Notes under the pieces: generated by a model
The model's input: the letters and a program-made list of their open reading frames with translations, nothing else
Databases searched by the model: none
What the model was told of the DNA's origin: nothing
Part shown: piece by piece, positions 62,406 to 64,000 of the stretch
How the letters are laid out: every line of letters starts with the position of its first letter
How positions within the stretch are numbered: position 1 is the stretch's first letter
Source of the DNA: Chloroflexota bacterium
GTDB lineage: Bacteria > Chloroflexota > UBA11872 > VXNJ01
NCBI GenBank assembly: GCA_965261345.1
Contig: OZ253449.1
Location: 1,088,001 to 1,152,000 of the forward strand
Length of the DNA stretch: 64,000 nucleotides
Reading direction: 5' to 3'
Translations under genes and position numbers: made by a program

Positions 62406-62508
62406 CAAACATTCCCTCTTCGCAAGCTGGAACCGGGCCTTCCGCCTGCGACCATTGCGAACCAAATACTAGATCCCTCTGATTCTGGGCTAGCCGCCAA
62501 GCGTTTGG

Positions 62509-63702
62509 TCACATCGATTTGACAACTCCCGCATAGCGCCAGGTGAGGCGATTGCCGCCGCGCCAGGGATGCGCCGCAATTTCCGCTTCATCCAGGTCGG
62601 TGCCCCAGCCGGGAGCATCGCCCACCTCCAGGTAGCCGTCTTTAATGACCGGTTTCTCGGTCACGTAGCGGTCGCGCAGCGGGCAGGAATCGACATCGGT
62701 TTCCATGATTTTGAGGTGCGGCAGGGTCGCGCACAGATGACCGGACATGAACGTGGCCAGGTGTGAGTAGTAATTGTGTGGGGCCACATCGATTTCCTGG
62801 ACCCCGGCCTGCGCGGCGATGGCCAGCGAGTCGGACATGCCGGTCCACGGCAGATCGAACATGGCCACATCCATCGCCCGAATGTCTAGGAAGCGCTTGT
62901 AATCACGGTAGGTGTTAACGCTCTCGGCCGAGCAGATAGTAAGGGTCGTTGAATCGGTTATCTGCTTGATCGAGTCGGGCTCGAACGAATCGACCTCAAG
63001 CCAGAGCATGTGCAGGTGCTCTAATCCCGCGGCAATCCTGACCGCCTCGTTGGTTGTAAACCAAAAATTAATGTCGAGAGCGGTATCGAAGTCGTCGCCG
63101 GCGCCGCGCTTGAACGCTTCAAGCTGGGCCAAAGCCCGCTCGATCGTCGGCCCGATTGACCGACGTTCCTCGGTCGTCTGAGTCCACGCCGGGTCGCCGG
63201 GCACAAGGATGTTGGTCTTGAGCGCGGTGTAGCCCCGGTCGACCACCTCACGCCCGAGAGCCTCGATGTCGTCGTAGGTCCGCAGCGGCGGCGTACCCAT
63301 CATTTCAGACCAGCGCGCGCGATAGGTGCCGCAGTGCGACCAGTAGAGCCGCACCCGATCGCGGACCTTGCCGCCAATGAGGTCGTAGGCCGGCACCTTG
63401 TAGGCCTTCCCCTTAACGTCGAGGAGGGCCAACTCGATACCGGCAATCGCGCGCTGGGCGATTCCGCCGGGCGATTGCTCCGACAGCCGCAGCATGTCGG
63501 CCAGCCGCGCTCCCGTATCCAGCGCGTCGGCTCCGACCAGGATCAGGGCCAGATCGCTAATCGCGCCCACCATCGCATAAGGCATTCGCCAGTCGGTGCA
63601 TTCGCCATAGCCGGTTATCCCGGCGTTTGTTTCCACCTTCACATAGCAATAGGGCGCCCAGCCGCCATCGGCCAGCAGCGCGCTAACGTGGGTAATTTGC
63701 AT
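62509..63702 (-). CDS. Mandelate racemase/muconate lactonizing enzyme (enolase superfamily) dehydratase
   Basis: VETNAGITGYGE, AGIELALLDVKGK, GYTALKTN, LDIN, WLE, AES, APHN, PGWGTDLDE. Confidence 0.9.
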   Translation of the reverse strand: MQITHVSALLADGGWAPYCYVKVETNAGITGYGECTDWRMPYAMVGAISDLALILVGADALDTGARLADMLRLSEQSPGGIAQRAIAGIELALLDVKGKAYKVPAYDLIGGKVRDRVRLYWSHCGTYRARWSEMMGTPPLRTYDDIEALGREVVDRGYTALKTNILVPGDPAWTQTTEERRSIGPTIERALAQLEAFKRGAGDDFDTALDINFWFTTNEAVRIAAGLEHLHMLWLEVDSFEPDSIKQITDSTTLTICSAESVNTYRDYKRFLDIRAMDVAMFDLPWTGMSDSLAIAAQAGVQEIDVAPHNYYSHLATFMSGHLCATLPHLKIMETDVDSCPLRDRYVTEKPVIKDGYLEVGDAPGWGTDLDEAEIAAHPWRGGNRLTWRYAGVVKSM

Positions 63703-64000
63703 GCTTTTACCTTGAGCCCTTAACTTGCGGTGCCGATCGCCCGGTGCGATTTTTGCCCGGCGGCGGGTGCGGCCTTCGGTAATTTTGAATTGCCGCTGCA
63801 ATCGAGCCGGCGGCCGGTCCATTTTTTATTACAAGTCGGTCGGTCGATCCGGCCCGTTGGATCGAGAAACTTCCGCTAGCGGAGGACTTTTCCCCCGGCA
63901 TTGGGCATCGGTCGGCGGCCAAGAATTGATAATGAATGCGCTAACGCCTTCGCGTTGGCGCCGTGCCTTCCACCGTCGGAGCCAATTGCAAGTGAGTACA

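Overview
High-GC bacterial chromosomal segment with dense coding; taxonomy cannot be fixed from sequence alone, though the gene content would fit a heterotroph such as a Chloroflexota lineage. Catabolic genes include four sulfatases, GH51, GH116 and GH127 glycosidases, aldo/keto reductases, SDRs, a XDH/Cox-family molybdoenzyme and MFS/ABC transporters. Housekeeping genes include aroC, nrdA, a PFK with PPi-type signature, accDA, moaC, gyrA, tRNA-Lys and a DegV protein, plus a complete nurA-herA-mre11(sbcD)-rad50(sbcC) operon. The most notable locus is a minus-strand operon at 26.4-31.5 kb: metallophosphoesterase, Dop-like deamidase, a divergent ~63-aa Pup/UBact-like modifier ending in GGQ, PafA-like ligase, and a tandem cNMP-binding protein. 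No 20S proteasome or ARC/Mpa genes are in the window, and a ClpC-like ATPase lacking its N-domain, with a degenerate second ATPase site, lies ~3 kb beyond it. Elements missing from the ORF track include a frameshifted TnpB (IS200/IS605) relic at ~49.5-50.05 kb, a probable 6S RNA at ~61.85-62.04 kb, an AKR pseudogene, an NrdR box and a perfect 26-bp palindrome upstream of nrdA. All calls come from motif recognition by eye; no database searches were run.
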